This document shows, piece by piece, positions 40,892-50,123 of a stretch of 64,000 nucleotides of DNA. Positions within the stretch are counted from its first letter, which is position 1; each line of letters starts with the position of its first letter. A program made the position numbers and the translations under genes. The notes beneath the pieces are model-generated. The model was given only the letters and a program-made list of their open reading frames with translations, did no database searches and had not been told where the DNA came from. This stretch comes from Candidatus Gottesmanbacteria bacterium UBA6580 (lineage in GTDB: Bacteria > Patescibacteriota > Microgenomatia > UBA10105 > UBA927), in contig DJJA01000005.1 of NCBI GenBank assembly GCA_002433895.1, forward strand, positions 3,883 through 67,882. Direction: 5' to 3'.

Positions 40892-41566
40892 ATGAGAATA
40901 CTTGTCGTCGAGGACGAACGCCGGCTATCTACCGTTATTAAAAAGGGCTTTGTCGAGGATGGATTTGCAGTCGATCAGGCATTTGATGGTGAAGACGGGC
41001 AGTTTTTAGCTGAAAGCGAGCAATACGACCTCATTGTCCTTGATATCATGCTTCCCAAGGTTGATGGTCTCACCCTTTGTAAAAATATCCGTGCAAAAAA
41101 TATAAAAACCCCGATTTTGATGTTAACTGCTAAATCCTCTACAGACGACAAAGTGGCCGGTCTTGATAGCGGTGCGGATGACTACCTTACCAAACCATTT
41201 TCCTTTGTCGAATTCCGCTCGCGTGTCCATGCACTAATCCGAAGAAGTCATCAGGAGACATCGCCTGTACTTGCAATCGATGATCTCGAACTTAATCCTC
41301 TGAAACACTCAGTTTCTCGTAAAGGAAATCCTCTAAAATTGACCCCGAAAGAATTCGCAATTTTAGAGCTTTTACTTCGTCACAAAGGTGAAGTCGTTAC
41401 CCGTACCATGATCACAGAACACGTGTGGGACTATAATTTTGATGGCATGAGTAACGTCGTTGATGTGTTTGTTGCGTCGCTCCGTAAAAAAGTAGATGCC
41501 AAAGGTAAAAAGAAAATTATTGAAACTGTCCATGGAGTAGGCTTTAGAATAGGTAGCGCTGTATGA
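40892..41566 (+). CDS. OmpR/PhoB-family response regulator
   Basis: Receiver domain (…DLIVLDIMLPKVDGL…) and a winged-helix C-terminal domain (…LTPKEFAILELLLRHKGEVVTR…VHGVGFRI). Confidence 0.9.
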   Translation: MRILVVEDERRLSTVIKKGFVEDGFAVDQAFDGEDGQFLAESEQYDLIVLDIMLPKVDGLTLCKNIRAKNIKTPILMLTAKSSTDDKVAGLDSGADDYLTKPFSFVEFRSRVHALIRRSHQETSPVLAIDDLELNPLKHSVSRKGNPLKLTPKEFAILELLLRHKGEVVTRTMITEHVWDYNFDGMSNVVDVFVASLRKKVDAKGKKKIIETVHGVGFRIGSAV

Positions 41567-42975
41567 ATACAAAAAGTCTCCGGTTCCGCGTGAGTGTGTG
41601 GTATACCTCCATTTTTTCCTTTGCGATGGCAATACTTTTTGTATCCTTCTATTTCTTAACTCAGCAGTCGCTTCTGTCTCATACAGACGGTGCAATTACA
41701 TCACATACTGAACGTATTGTAGAAATTATCGGTCAGGAAGACGGTAATTCGATGGATGCTTCATTTGTAAACAATAGTCAAGCGTTTGCCCATCAGTTTA
41801 CAGAAATGCCGGGAATGGTACTTATCATCGGAGATCCCTTTGGCAAGATTCTGTATTCTTCACAAAGTTTAGGTGGCAACGAGGCAGTTGCTGAGGTGCT
41901 ACTTGAAAAGTCTGCAAACATTATCAAGCCAACATTCGTCAACCGTACAATTGGTGGTAGTACTGTTCGACTCGGCGTATTTCCTGCTAGAAGAAGCGAT
42001 GATGGGAAAGTGCTTGTCATTATGGGGCAGCCCATGGATGTCATTCAAAATTCCCTAAATACGCTTGCAATAACGCTTTCAGTTGTCTATGCAGGAGTTT
42101 TTCTCTTAAGTTTGCTTGGAGGGATCATTATTGCCGGAAAAGCCATGAATCCAGTTGCGGCCATGTCCCGCGAGCTGAAGAAAATTAGTGCCGAAAACCT
42201 TGATGAACGCATGCCAAATCCCAAAACAGGTGACGAACTGGAAGAACTCTCGCAAACGTTTAACGGTCTTCTAGACCACCTACATGATGCTTTCGCGCGT
42301 GAACGACAGTTTATTGGTGATATGGCACATGAGTTGAAAACCCCTCTTGCAACCCTTAGGAGCAGTATTGAGGTAACTCTGACAAAAGCCAGGACGAATG
42401 ATGATTATAAAAAAGCATTTGCCGATACTTTGATAGACGTAAACCGCTTATCTCAAACGGTTAAGAATATTTTAGATTTAGCCTGGATTGGTGCAGAAAA
42501 TGCCCACACAATGAAAGAACCTGTTAATCTTTCAACTCTTGCGAAAGACTTGCACGAGATAGCCGAAAAACTGGCGGCAGAAAAGAAAATATCTATTTCA
42601 GCATCCATAGCATCCGGCGTTACCGTTGAAGGAGTTGAAGATAAAATATTTCGGGCGCTTCTCAATATTATAGATAATGCAGTGAAATACACTCCTGCAG
42701 GTAAATCGGTATCGTTATCGTTAAAGAAAAATAAACATCATGCCTTTTTTGTTGTAAAAGACTCGGGAGTTGGCATTTCAGCAGACGAGCAACAACATAT
42801 GTTTGAGCGTTTCTACCGGGGAGCAAAAACTGCACGAACGGTCGGATCCGGCTTAGGGCTTGCCATTGCTCACGGTATAATCAAAGCACATCTGGGAGAT
42901 ATACAAGTGAGTAGTAAACCCGGACACGGTACTATCATGACCATCGTACTTCCCCTCGCAAAATTGCAATCTTAA
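41563..42975 (+). CDS. sensor histidine kinase
   Basis: Two TM helices flank a periplasmic sensor domain of about 120 aa. It has a HAMP region, an H-box (DMAHELKTPLA) and N/G boxes (…DNAVKYT…DSGVGI…GSGLGLAI…). A 4-nt overlap with the RR gene indicates coupling. Confidence 0.85.
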   Translation: MNTKSLRFRVSVWYTSIFSFAMAILFVSFYFLTQQSLLSHTDGAITSHTERIVEIIGQEDGNSMDASFVNNSQAFAHQFTEMPGMVLIIGDPFGKILYSSQSLGGNEAVAEVLLEKSANIIKPTFVNRTIGGSTVRLGVFPARRSDDGKVLVIMGQPMDVIQNSLNTLAITLSVVYAGVFLLSLLGGIIIAGKAMNPVAAMSRELKKISAENLDERMPNPKTGDELEELSQTFNGLLDHLHDAFARERQFIGDMAHELKTPLATLRSSIEVTLTKARTNDDYKKAFADTLIDVNRLSQTVKNILDLAWIGAENAHTMKEPVNLSTLAKDLHEIAEKLAAEKKISISASIASGVTVEGVEDKIFRALLNIIDNAVKYTPAGKSVSLSLKKNKHHAFFVVKDSGVGISADEQQHMFERFYRGAKTARTVGSGLGLAIAHGIIKAHLGDIQVSSKPGHGTIMTIVLPLAKLQS

Positions 42976-43029
42976 CGATTTCTTCATACCTTTTGATCTA
43001 CTGTAGAAGTACCTTGAAAAGGAGGTATA

Positions 43030-43241
43030 TGAAAAATTATCATAGACAAAATATTCCTGCTGCAACTGGGCCAAGTCAGACCATGAAATGGGTAGGAATC
43101 TTTATTATCGTGGGAGCGATTCTCCTCATTGCCATATCCGTATTCAACATTCCGGTATATACCGTTGTTACTGGCGCATTATTACTAGCGTGCCCATTGA
43201 TCCACATGGCTATGATGCGGAATGGAGGGCATAAACATTAA
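43030..43241 (+). CDS. DUF2933 family small membrane protein (paralogue 1)
   Basis: Start at MKNYHRQ…; one TM helix then the motif …LLLACPLIHMAMMRNGGHKH. It is a paralogue of the ORF at 49893..50105. Confidence 0.5.
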
Positions 43242-43446
43242 GAATTAGTTCATCTTAATTTCACGATATCTTAATGACAGAAGGATTACTATAAAAGAGT
43301 TAACAGGAACATAGAAAGGAGGCGAAAAAACATGATGGGATGCTGTCACTATCCGATACGCAGTCCTACAATAACAAAGCGTAAACATTAAAATAAACCA
43401 CAGAAATCACCCTTTACCCCTATAAGGGTGATTTCTATTTTATAAC

Positions 43447-43566
43447 TTACTTAGCCTCTTCGTTTTTCAAAACCAAGTCCATTCCGCATTTGGGGCATTT
43501 CCCTGGTTTATCAGAAGTCACCTCAGGATGCATTGAACATGTATAAGTCTCTGTTGTTTCTGCCAT
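43447..43566 (-). CDS. 39-aa stand-alone zinc-ribbon heavy-metal-binding mini-protein (not in the ORF track)
   Basis: Minus-strand ORF MAETTETYTCSMHPEVTSDKPGKCPKCGMDLVLKNEEAK. Its C-x-M-H-P-E-V…C-P-K-C-G-M motif is the same one found at the N-terminus of the P1B ATPase at 51434. Confidence 0.5.
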   Translation of the reverse strand: MAETTETYTCSMHPEVTSDKPGKCPKCGMDLVLKNEEAK

Positions 43567-43605
43567 TAATTATCACCTCGCTTTCTTTTATCAAACACTA
43601 ATCAG

Positions 43606-44010
43606 CTAAGGAACATTTACAGTGAAATCCTTATTTTCCGTGCTTCCATCAGGCATTTTAACAGTGGTTCTAACTCTCCATGGCCCTCGCATAGACATAT
43701 TTCCAATCGCTGAATATCTTCCATTACCCTGCGATGTTGCATTACCTTGCTGCGTTCCCATATTCATTGCAGTCATATTCAGATCAAAGGAAACAGTTGC
43801 ATTATCAACTGGTTTACCGCTTTTATCCTTTACATCGATCATGAATGTGGCTTGACCAAGTCGAAGCGGATTAGGACTAGTAGACAGTGTAATGCCACCG
43901 TTTGAGTCAGCAGAAGTACCTGGAGTAGGAATTGACATTGATTTCCAACCGAGGTAAGCCACGGCGACAACTAAAACTGCGAGTAGTGCTAATAGTGTCT
44001 TATTATTCAT
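43606..44010 (-). CDS. periplasmic Met-rich YtkA/FixH-like protein
   Basis: Signal-anchor, then a beta-rich domain with Met clusters (…LNMTAMNMGTQQGN…IGNMSMRGPW…). Confidence 0.35.
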   Translation of the reverse strand: MNNKTLLALLAVLVVAVAYLGWKSMSIPTPGTSADSNGGITLSTSPNPLRLGQATFMIDVKDKSGKPVDNATVSFDLNMTAMNMGTQQGNATSQGNGRYSAIGNMSMRGPWRVRTTVKMPDGSTENKDFTVNVP

Positions 44011-44037
44011 ATTTTACCTCCATTCGATTTTTATACA

Positions 44038-45087
44038 TTAAATAACATTGATCATCATCATTAGTCCACCCGGTTCTTCATGGTCATTGGTTGTGTGGTG
44101 CGGAATATGGCAATGTAACATCCATTTACCAGGTCTGTCCGGTGTAAATTCGATATCATAACGTTCTCCCGGGGCTACTGAGACAACATCTTTTGTCCAC
44201 TGGGCACTTTCCGGGACGTCATTACCGTCCGTGGCCACGATCTTAAACGGAAATCCATGTAGGTGCATCGGATGGATCATTTGCCCGGACCCGATAAATC
44301 GTAGGCGAATTTTTTGACCTACTTTAGCCATAACATTTTCGGTATTGGGGAAAGCTTTCCCATTAATGGTAAAAAAGTTGCCGTCCATACCTGTTGCCGG
44401 CATGGCAGCATAGGTCTGGCCGTCAATGACTCTCCACTCATTTAACATAAATACTTTATCTACATCAGGCTTTGAAGCCAGTCCGCCGACCGGATCGATG
44501 ATAAACGCCCCAGATAGTCCCACTGAAATTTGTTTATCTGAATCAAAATGAGAGTGATACCAATATGTCCCGGCTGGTTTGGCAACAAACTCATAGGTAA
44601 ATGTTTCTCCTGGTTGAATAGGATCTTGTGTTTCGTCTGGAATACCATCCATATTATTGGGAACCTGGATACCATGCCAGTGGATGGTTGTCGGCTCCAT
44701 AAGATTGTTTTTGATGAGAATTTTAACTTTATCCCCATTGGTTGCACGAATAAGGGGACCCGGAACCATACCGTTATATGCCCAGGCCGTGACAACAGTA
44801 TCTTTTAGGATTGACCATCTCACTGGAGCCGCAGTCAAATTGAAAACTTTAGTGCCATTCTCCATTTTGAATGGAAGTTCCTGCAATCCAGAATCTTCGG
44901 TAGCCATGGGTACTCCCGTATCAGAAATTGCTTCCATTGCTTTTTCTCCAGCTAGATTAGCGCCAGTTGTCGTGAGCAGAGCGGGAGCGTTATTCGATTT
45001 TTTAACGATTTTCGGCACCATGAATGTGAGAATGATACCGAACAACACGATAAATCCTATGATGATTTTTTTGTTTGTATTTTCCAT
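44038..45087 (-). CDS. multicopper oxidase
   Basis: Copper-ligand motifs HWHG…, HSHF…, HPMHLHG… and HCHIPHHTTNDH, with a signal peptide from the ATG at 45087. Confidence 0.8.
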   Translation of the reverse strand: MENTNKKIIIGFIVLFGIILTFMVPKIVKKSNNAPALLTTTGANLAGEKAMEAISDTGVPMATEDSGLQELPFKMENGTKVFNLTAAPVRWSILKDTVVTAWAYNGMVPGPLIRATNGDKVKILIKNNLMEPTTIHWHGIQVPNNMDGIPDETQDPIQPGETFTYEFVAKPAGTYWYHSHFDSDKQISVGLSGAFIIDPVGGLASKPDVDKVFMLNEWRVIDGQTYAAMPATGMDGNFFTINGKAFPNTENVMAKVGQKIRLRFIGSGQMIHPMHLHGFPFKIVATDGNDVPESAQWTKDVVSVAPGERYDIEFTPDRPGKWMLHCHIPHHTTNDHEEPGGLMMMINVI

Positions 45088-45137
45088 ATTATTGCCTACT
45101 ACATAGTGTAGAACATCACACAATCATTTTCAATGAA

Positions 45138-45779
45138 CTAGTGATGATCGATGCCTTTAAATGCCTTAATAAATGTATGCATCCGATCAGCGTCAAAATC
45201 GTTGAATTTATCGATTCGCGCCCAAGCTGTCATTGCAATTTTAGCGTCCAATTTAGGGTATGGTGCCATAAAAACTTTGTCAGGGTATTTTTTGGCTACT
45301 TCTGTTAATCTCTCTACCAGTTGCCTACACTCGCCTTCAACTTCAGCACTCGGTGAGGCAGTGTCCGTCGCATTTCCCTCAGGGGAACAGTTGTATTGAA
45401 TTCCCACTCCACCATCTTCAAGGTTATGAAGCTGCAATTCATCGGGAATGGGAGAATCACTTTTGCCCCATTTCGCTTTCCCACCAACATGAGTTCCAGA
45501 GGTAGGTGGAATGGAATTATAAGGGTCATGCGCGTCCGTTATATTTTCGATGTGTTTGTTCCCGAGAGACGCCACAAATTCTCCAGGCTGAGGTTTTGAA
45601 AGCTCTTTAATGAGCAGATATCCGCCTCCGATCACAACAAGACCAATGAAAGCATAAAGGCCATATTTCTTATAATTCGATGTTGTATATTGTTTTTGCT
45701 GTTGCACACGATAATAATTCCTCTTGTACTCTTTGCGTTCATGCTTTGATAGCTGATTCCAATTATCCGGAAGTTCCAT
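45138..45779 (-). CDS. DUF3105 domain protein
   Basis: N-terminal TM helix plus the conserved …YNSIPPTSGTHVGG…GGVGIQYN… region. Confidence 0.5.
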   Translation of the reverse strand: MELPDNWNQLSKHERKEYKRNYYRVQQQKQYTTSNYKKYGLYAFIGLVVIGGGYLLIKELSKPQPGEFVASLGNKHIENITDAHDPYNSIPPTSGTHVGGKAKWGKSDSPIPDELQLHNLEDGGVGIQYNCSPEGNATDTASPSAEVEGECRQLVERLTEVAKKYPDKVFMAPYPKLDAKIAMTAWARIDKFNDFDADRMHTFIKAFKGIDHH

Positions 45780-45781
45780 AG

Positions 45782-46321
45782 TTATTTTTGATCTTTAACC
45801 ACACAAGTATATGGCTGGTTAATTTTTTTGATCGTAAAACTAATCGCAACCAAAAGGATAGATATCCCAGCAAAACCAAACTCTTGCCCGCGAAATGGTA
45901 ATATCCCCAACACGGTCGTTGCAGAACTAAACCCTATTAGGGAGGTCAGGACCACAGAACCACATGATGCACACCCTACACCAAATAAACTTGTGGCTAC
46001 TCCTGCAAAAGAAACACCCAATTCTGTCTGAATTCTTACTGATTGACGGAGATAGTAAATTAATAAACTCATCTGAATACCAGTAAGAGTCGCGCTAATT
46101 ACCGTTAGTGTCCGCGAAAGAGGGGTAAAGTTAGTTTCGAGCGAACCGAGTAAAGCCGTGAGCAAATTCGTCTTTTCCCAAATACTCATAGAGGAGGAGG
46201 TCATGGTTTTGGTTACAAGATGTAAATTTGGTAACCAGGCTGCAAAAGCAATCATTGTGACAGTTATAAATAAGGTTGCGGCTAAATATTTGGGGTGCCA
46301 AATTATTTTCGCTATGGTGGT
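45782..46321 (-). CDS. polytopic membrane protein with a TM-embedded CxxC (possible thiol-oxidoreductase partner of the adjacent DsbA)
   Basis: Several TM helices and a …GVGCASCGSV… motif. The start is placed at the internal ATG at 46321, just downstream of the dsbA stop. Confidence 0.3.
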   Translation of the reverse strand, partial: TTIAKIIWHPKYLAATLFITVTMIAFAAWLPNLHLVTKTMTSSSMSIWEKTNLLTALLGSLETNFTPLSRTLTVISATLTGIQMSLLIYYLRQSVRIQTELGVSFAGVATSLFGVGCASCGSVVLTSLIGFSSATTVLGILPFRGQEFGFAGISILLVAISFTIKKINQPYTCVVKDQK

Positions 46322-46328
46322 CATATCG

Positions 46329-47090
46329 TTATTTAAGCAGTGGATCAATAACTGCCTGGAAAGCAGCAAATGGTTGTGCTCCAACCAATAGATCACCATC
46401 AATATTCCCGTCACTGGTTGATTTTCCAATTAAGAATGTAGGGGTACCAGATGCACCGGCGGCTGAGCCGTCAGCGATGTCTTTCTTTACCTCATCTGCT
46501 TTAGCTGTGTTGGATAGACAAGTTGTAAAGGTGCTGATGTTCATTTTTAAATCTCTGGCGATTGTTTGTATTTTTGCATCATCCAGGCCATTCCCGTTAG
46601 ACGTCGTGCGCTTGAATATTTCATCGTGAAATTCATAATATTTTTTATCTCCACCCTGGTCTCGGGCACAAGTGGCAGCAATTGCCTCCTTACTGGCCAT
46701 TGGATCGTGGAATGAGAGCGGAAAATCTCTAAATACCAGCTTTGCCTTACCCGTATCAATATATTTTTTAACAAGTTCTTGATGTGTAGAATCAAAGTGA
46801 CGTTTACAAAATGGACACTCATAATCAGAAAACTCAATAATAGTTACAGGTGCGTTTTTATCACCCAAGATAGGATCGTCATCGATAGAAGCGACACCTT
46901 TGGTTACCTGAGGCGCTTGTGCAGCCGGTGCCGCTGGTTGATTATCGTTGGTTCCCTGAGCAACACCAGCAACGACTCCTTTTTCTAACATTTTGACTTT
47001 TGTGGTGAGTGATCCGAGGAAAAACGAACCAATTATTAGAAGTACTACTAATACGGGTGTGAGTTTGGAACTGGTTATTTGATCTGTCAT
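46329..47090 (-). CDS. DsbA-family thioredoxin-fold protein
   Basis: TM anchor and a CPFC active site (…FSDYECPFCKRH…), 253 aa. Confidence 0.7.
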   Translation of the reverse strand: MTDQITSSKLTPVLVVLLIIGSFFLGSLTTKVKMLEKGVVAGVAQGTNDNQPAAPAAQAPQVTKGVASIDDDPILGDKNAPVTIIEFSDYECPFCKRHFDSTHQELVKKYIDTGKAKLVFRDFPLSFHDPMASKEAIAATCARDQGGDKKYYEFHDEIFKRTTSNGNGLDDAKIQTIARDLKMNISTFTTCLSNTAKADEVKKDIADGSAAGASGTPTFLIGKSTSDGNIDGDLLVGAQPFAAFQAVIDPLLK

Positions 47091-47145
47091 ATTACTACAC
47101 AGTGTAGTAGGTAAACAGATTATCTGTCAACTATGTCTAACCACA

Positions 47146-48144
47146 TCACTTAACAGAACTGAAGTTTACAGTGGTTGCTGGTGTGTATCGAGGTTGGATG
47201 CTCTGAAGCTCCTGGAGTGTTTCTTTACGGCAGACTGATTCACAATTTGCAGAATTATTACAAAGCATAACAACGTCTTGACCGTCTTCGTGAAGTTCGA
47301 TGGTATTTACCGGAGTTACCATGAGTCCTAGTAAGGCGGTGAGAGATAAAATACTTAACCCTATGTTTCGTAAGCCGATCTTTTTGTAAGTATTGTCGAT
47401 TACGTTCATCGAACGAATGCGGGCTTCAAGTGTATCGACACTCATCATCGCTGGTAGAAAAATGGGGTTGATATCTGGTTCGTATTGGATTAGCTTTCGT
47501 AGTACATCTTTCAGTGATTGTTTATCTTTGGCGTTTGTTATCGCGGCATTGTCTGCGGTCACCTCCCTATCTGTTCGATAGACTCTTATAAAATCGGACA
47601 CCACCGGAAAAAAAGGAAAAAGTGATTCAATCGTTGAAGCCAGAAGTAAAGTAAGTGTATCTTTGTGCTCCAGGTGGTATTTTTCATGCCTTAGTATTAC
47701 CTCTAGCTCATTCTGGCTCATAAGTTGAATCAACCCAGTCGAAATATAGATTTTGGGATTACGGATACCAAAACAGAATGCTTGGGGTTTAGCTTGTGTA
47801 AAAACTAATATTTTCTCTTGTAATCCTAAAGATTTAAAAAGGTTTGTGAGATCTACAGGATGTTCAAGGTTCTTTTTTAAAAGTTTATTTCGAAAAATAA
47901 CTACATTAAATATCGATCCGAACAATTTGAAAAGGGTAAACACGACAGCAAGTATGAATATTCCGGCCAGAATCCTTCCATACTCACCGGGTATCTGAAA
48001 ATTTAATGATTTTGCCATTTCCTGACAATAATACAGACCATGATGAATAAGAATCAGAAAGTATTTGTAGATAACGAATATGTGGCCAAACGTAAGAAAT
48101 ACGAGCATTCCGGCAAATACCAATAAATAATTATGTATTTTCAT
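47146..48144 (-). CDS. BlaR1/MecR1-type M56 signal-transducing metalloprotease lacking the PBP sensor domain, with a Cys-rich C-terminal tail
   Basis: TM helices and an HEKYHLEHKD zinc motif. After the last TM there is only a tail of about 60 aa, with C-x5-C-x3-C (…MLCNNSANCESVCRKE…) in place of a beta-lactam sensor domain. Its start overlaps the stop of the blaI/copY-like gene. Confidence 0.6.
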   Translation of the reverse strand: MKIHNYLLVFAGMLVFLTFGHIFVIYKYFLILIHHGLYYCQEMAKSLNFQIPGEYGRILAGIFILAVVFTLFKLFGSIFNVVIFRNKLLKKNLEHPVDLTNLFKSLGLQEKILVFTQAKPQAFCFGIRNPKIYISTGLIQLMSQNELEVILRHEKYHLEHKDTLTLLLASTIESLFPFFPVVSDFIRVYRTDREVTADNAAITNAKDKQSLKDVLRKLIQYEPDINPIFLPAMMSVDTLEARIRSMNVIDNTYKKIGLRNIGLSILSLTALLGLMVTPVNTIELHEDGQDVVMLCNNSANCESVCRKETLQELQSIQPRYTPATTVNFSSVK

Positions 48145-48517
48145 TCTGTTTTTCTATGAGTTTTATAAAATAATCTTTCTTTTCTTTTGGCAGCTCATCT
48201 ATGGACTCTGCGAAAGAGGCTATGGCGGTGTCGCCGAAAGATTGAAAAAAATTGGTGAAAAAAGAACCAGCTACTTTCTTACTAAATTCCTTCCGGGAAA
48301 TTCTCGGAGAGTAATACACAACAGAATTTTTCTCGGATCGTTTTAACAAGCCCTTTTCATAAAGTCGCGTAAGAATAGTCGCCACGGTTGTATAAGCCAG
48401 CTCTTTCTCTTTTCTCATTTCTTCCAGGACTTCCCGCACGGAACAAGTCTCAGAGTTCCATACGATATTCATGATTTCCTGATCGAGTGGACTTAAACTC
48501 TTTTGTGTAATCTGCAT
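48131..48517 (-). CDS. BlaI/MecI/CopY-family transcriptional repressor
   Basis: 128 aa with a winged helix (…LDQEIMNIVWNSETCSVREVLEEM…YTTVATILTRLYEKGLL…). Confidence 0.75.
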   Translation of the reverse strand: MQITQKSLSPLDQEIMNIVWNSETCSVREVLEEMRKEKELAYTTVATILTRLYEKGLLKRSEKNSVVYYSPRISRKEFSKKVAGSFFTNFFQSFGDTAIASFAESIDELPKEKKDYFIKLIEKQNENT

Positions 48518-48534
48518 ACTACTGATTGTAGTAT
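48516..48534. promoter_or_regulatory. palindromic operator ATACTAC-N5-GTAGTAT overlapping the start codon of the blaI/copY-like gene
   Basis: Perfect 7-bp inverted repeat containing the TAC…TGTA cores typical of BlaI/CopY boxes. Confidence 0.45.
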
Positions 48535-48615
48535 CTCACTGACAGACATTCAATATGTGAGACTTTAAGAAATCTTCATGCTTTCTTAATCATTCAAAGT
48601 TTAGACTATGCATAT

Positions 48616-49296
48616 ATGTACGACTATGGTAACTGGTTTCTTGTTTTATTGAACATCGTTCTATTTGGTTACTTTCTGAGAAGTTCGTTTAAACCCCGAA
48701 CCAAAACAGACTGGGAGACATTTAATTCATTCGGCGCTTTTATCGTAGCTCTATTTGCAGAAATGTACGGTTTCCCGCTAACAATTTATTTACTAACGTC
48801 ACTTTTTGGTACCCGCCTTGGTATTGACTTTACCCATGATAACGGACATTTACTCAATACTTTACTTGGAATTAAAGGAGATCCGCATTTCAGTTTTCTT
48901 CATGTAGTAAGTTATGCACTCATTATCGGAGGTTTTACCCTTCTGAGTAATGCTTGGGAAGTCCTGTATAAAGCGCAAAAACGGCGCAGACTCGCACGAA
49001 CCGGAATATATACATATATCCGCCATCCACAGTACCTTGCCTTTATCATGATCATTTTCGGCTTTTTAGTACAGTGGCCAACTATAATTACGCTCATTAT
49101 GGCGCCAATTCTCATCTGGCGGTATCTACATCTTGCCAAGCTTGAAGAGAGCGAGATACACAAACAATTCGGGTCATCCTACGCCTCATATCTTAAAAAT
49201 ACTCCTGCATTTTTACCATCTTTTACCACTGTACTAGAAAAATTAAAGTCTCGTAGCGTCAAGCTTGAGATTACGAAAGGGAATACCCATGAATAA
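48616..49296 (+). CDS. isoprenylcysteine carboxyl methyltransferase (ICMT/PEMT) family membrane protein
   Basis: …RLARTGIYTYIRHPQYLAFIMIIFGFL…E… motif of the ICMT family, with multiple TM helices. Confidence 0.55.
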   Translation: MYDYGNWFLVLLNIVLFGYFLRSSFKPRTKTDWETFNSFGAFIVALFAEMYGFPLTIYLLTSLFGTRLGIDFTHDNGHLLNTLLGIKGDPHFSFLHVVSYALIIGGFTLLSNAWEVLYKAQKRRRLARTGIYTYIRHPQYLAFIMIIFGFLVQWPTIITLIMAPILIWRYLHLAKLEESEIHKQFGSSYASYLKNTPAFLPSFTTVLEKLKSRSVKLEITKGNTHE

Positions 49297-49813
49297 TCAA
49301 GTTTCTTCATCTGACCAAGCAGTCAAACTTAGAGAGCCTATACGCGAAAGTTTGATATTATTTATTATTAAAATTACATCATTACTGATCGTAACAGACA
49401 CAATATATGCGGTGCTAAATTTTGTTCTATTACAAGCTTTCTTTCTAAATCATGAATTGCCGCTCAACCTGCATGCATATGCCCCATATATTCTTACAAT
49501 ACTTCACTTGGTAAAAACGATTTTACAAGTATGGGGAATTTCTTCAATCGTATTCCAATGGGTCGGGAATTCGTATCAAATAACTAATCGGCACTTAATT
49601 CACAGTATGGGCATAATGAATTGTACTGAGAAAATATATGATTTGAATATCATCCGTTCTATTTCCATAGAGCAGTCTTGGATCGGTAAGATATTCAAAT
49701 ACGGTACGGTAAACATCGAAATTAGCGCCTCGGGTGGTTATACGGACCAAGTAACTCTTTTTGGTGTACCAAATCCTCAGCAGTATGAAAATATGCTACG
49801 AAAGCATTTTTAA
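49289..49813 (+). CDS. membrane-anchored bacterial PH domain protein (YdbT/DUF304-like)
   Basis: Start at MNNQVSS…; TM helices then …ITNRHLIHSMGIMNCTEKIYDLNIIRSISIEQSWIGKIFKYGTVNIE…. Confidence 0.45.
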   Translation: MNNQVSSSDQAVKLREPIRESLILFIIKITSLLIVTDTIYAVLNFVLLQAFFLNHELPLNLHAYAPYILTILHLVKTILQVWGISSIVFQWVGNSYQITNRHLIHSMGIMNCTEKIYDLNIIRSISIEQSWIGKIFKYGTVNIEISASGGYTDQVTLFGVPNPQQYENMLRKHF

Positions 49814-49892
49814 TGTAAAGATATGAATCTTAACGATTTCTTCATACTTCGCTTTCTATACTGAGATATTGGTATTAAAAGGAGGTATCGGT

Positions 49893-50105
49893 ATGGAAGA
49901 TCATCACAATCACAGTGTTACAAAAGCAGAGCCGGTAAGCAGTCCCCTAAAATGGGTAGGTGTTTGCTTAGCTATCGGGGCGGTGCTCCTAATAGCTATA
50001 ACCGTGTTTAAAGTCCCGGTTAATACTGTTGCTACAACTGCTATTTTTCTCGCATGTCCGTTGTTACACATCTTTATGATGAAAAACGGCAATCATAAAC
50101 ATTAA
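49893..50105 (+). CDS. DUF2933 family small membrane protein (paralogue 2)
   Basis: MEDHHNHS…; one TM helix, then …IFLACPLLHIFMMKNGNHKH. RBS AAAGGAGGT upstream. Confidence 0.5.
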   Translation: MEDHHNHSVTKAEPVSSPLKWVGVCLAIGAVLLIAITVFKVPVNTVATTAIFLACPLLHIFMMKNGNHKH

Positions 50106-50123
50106 AAATGAAAGGAATTTTAT

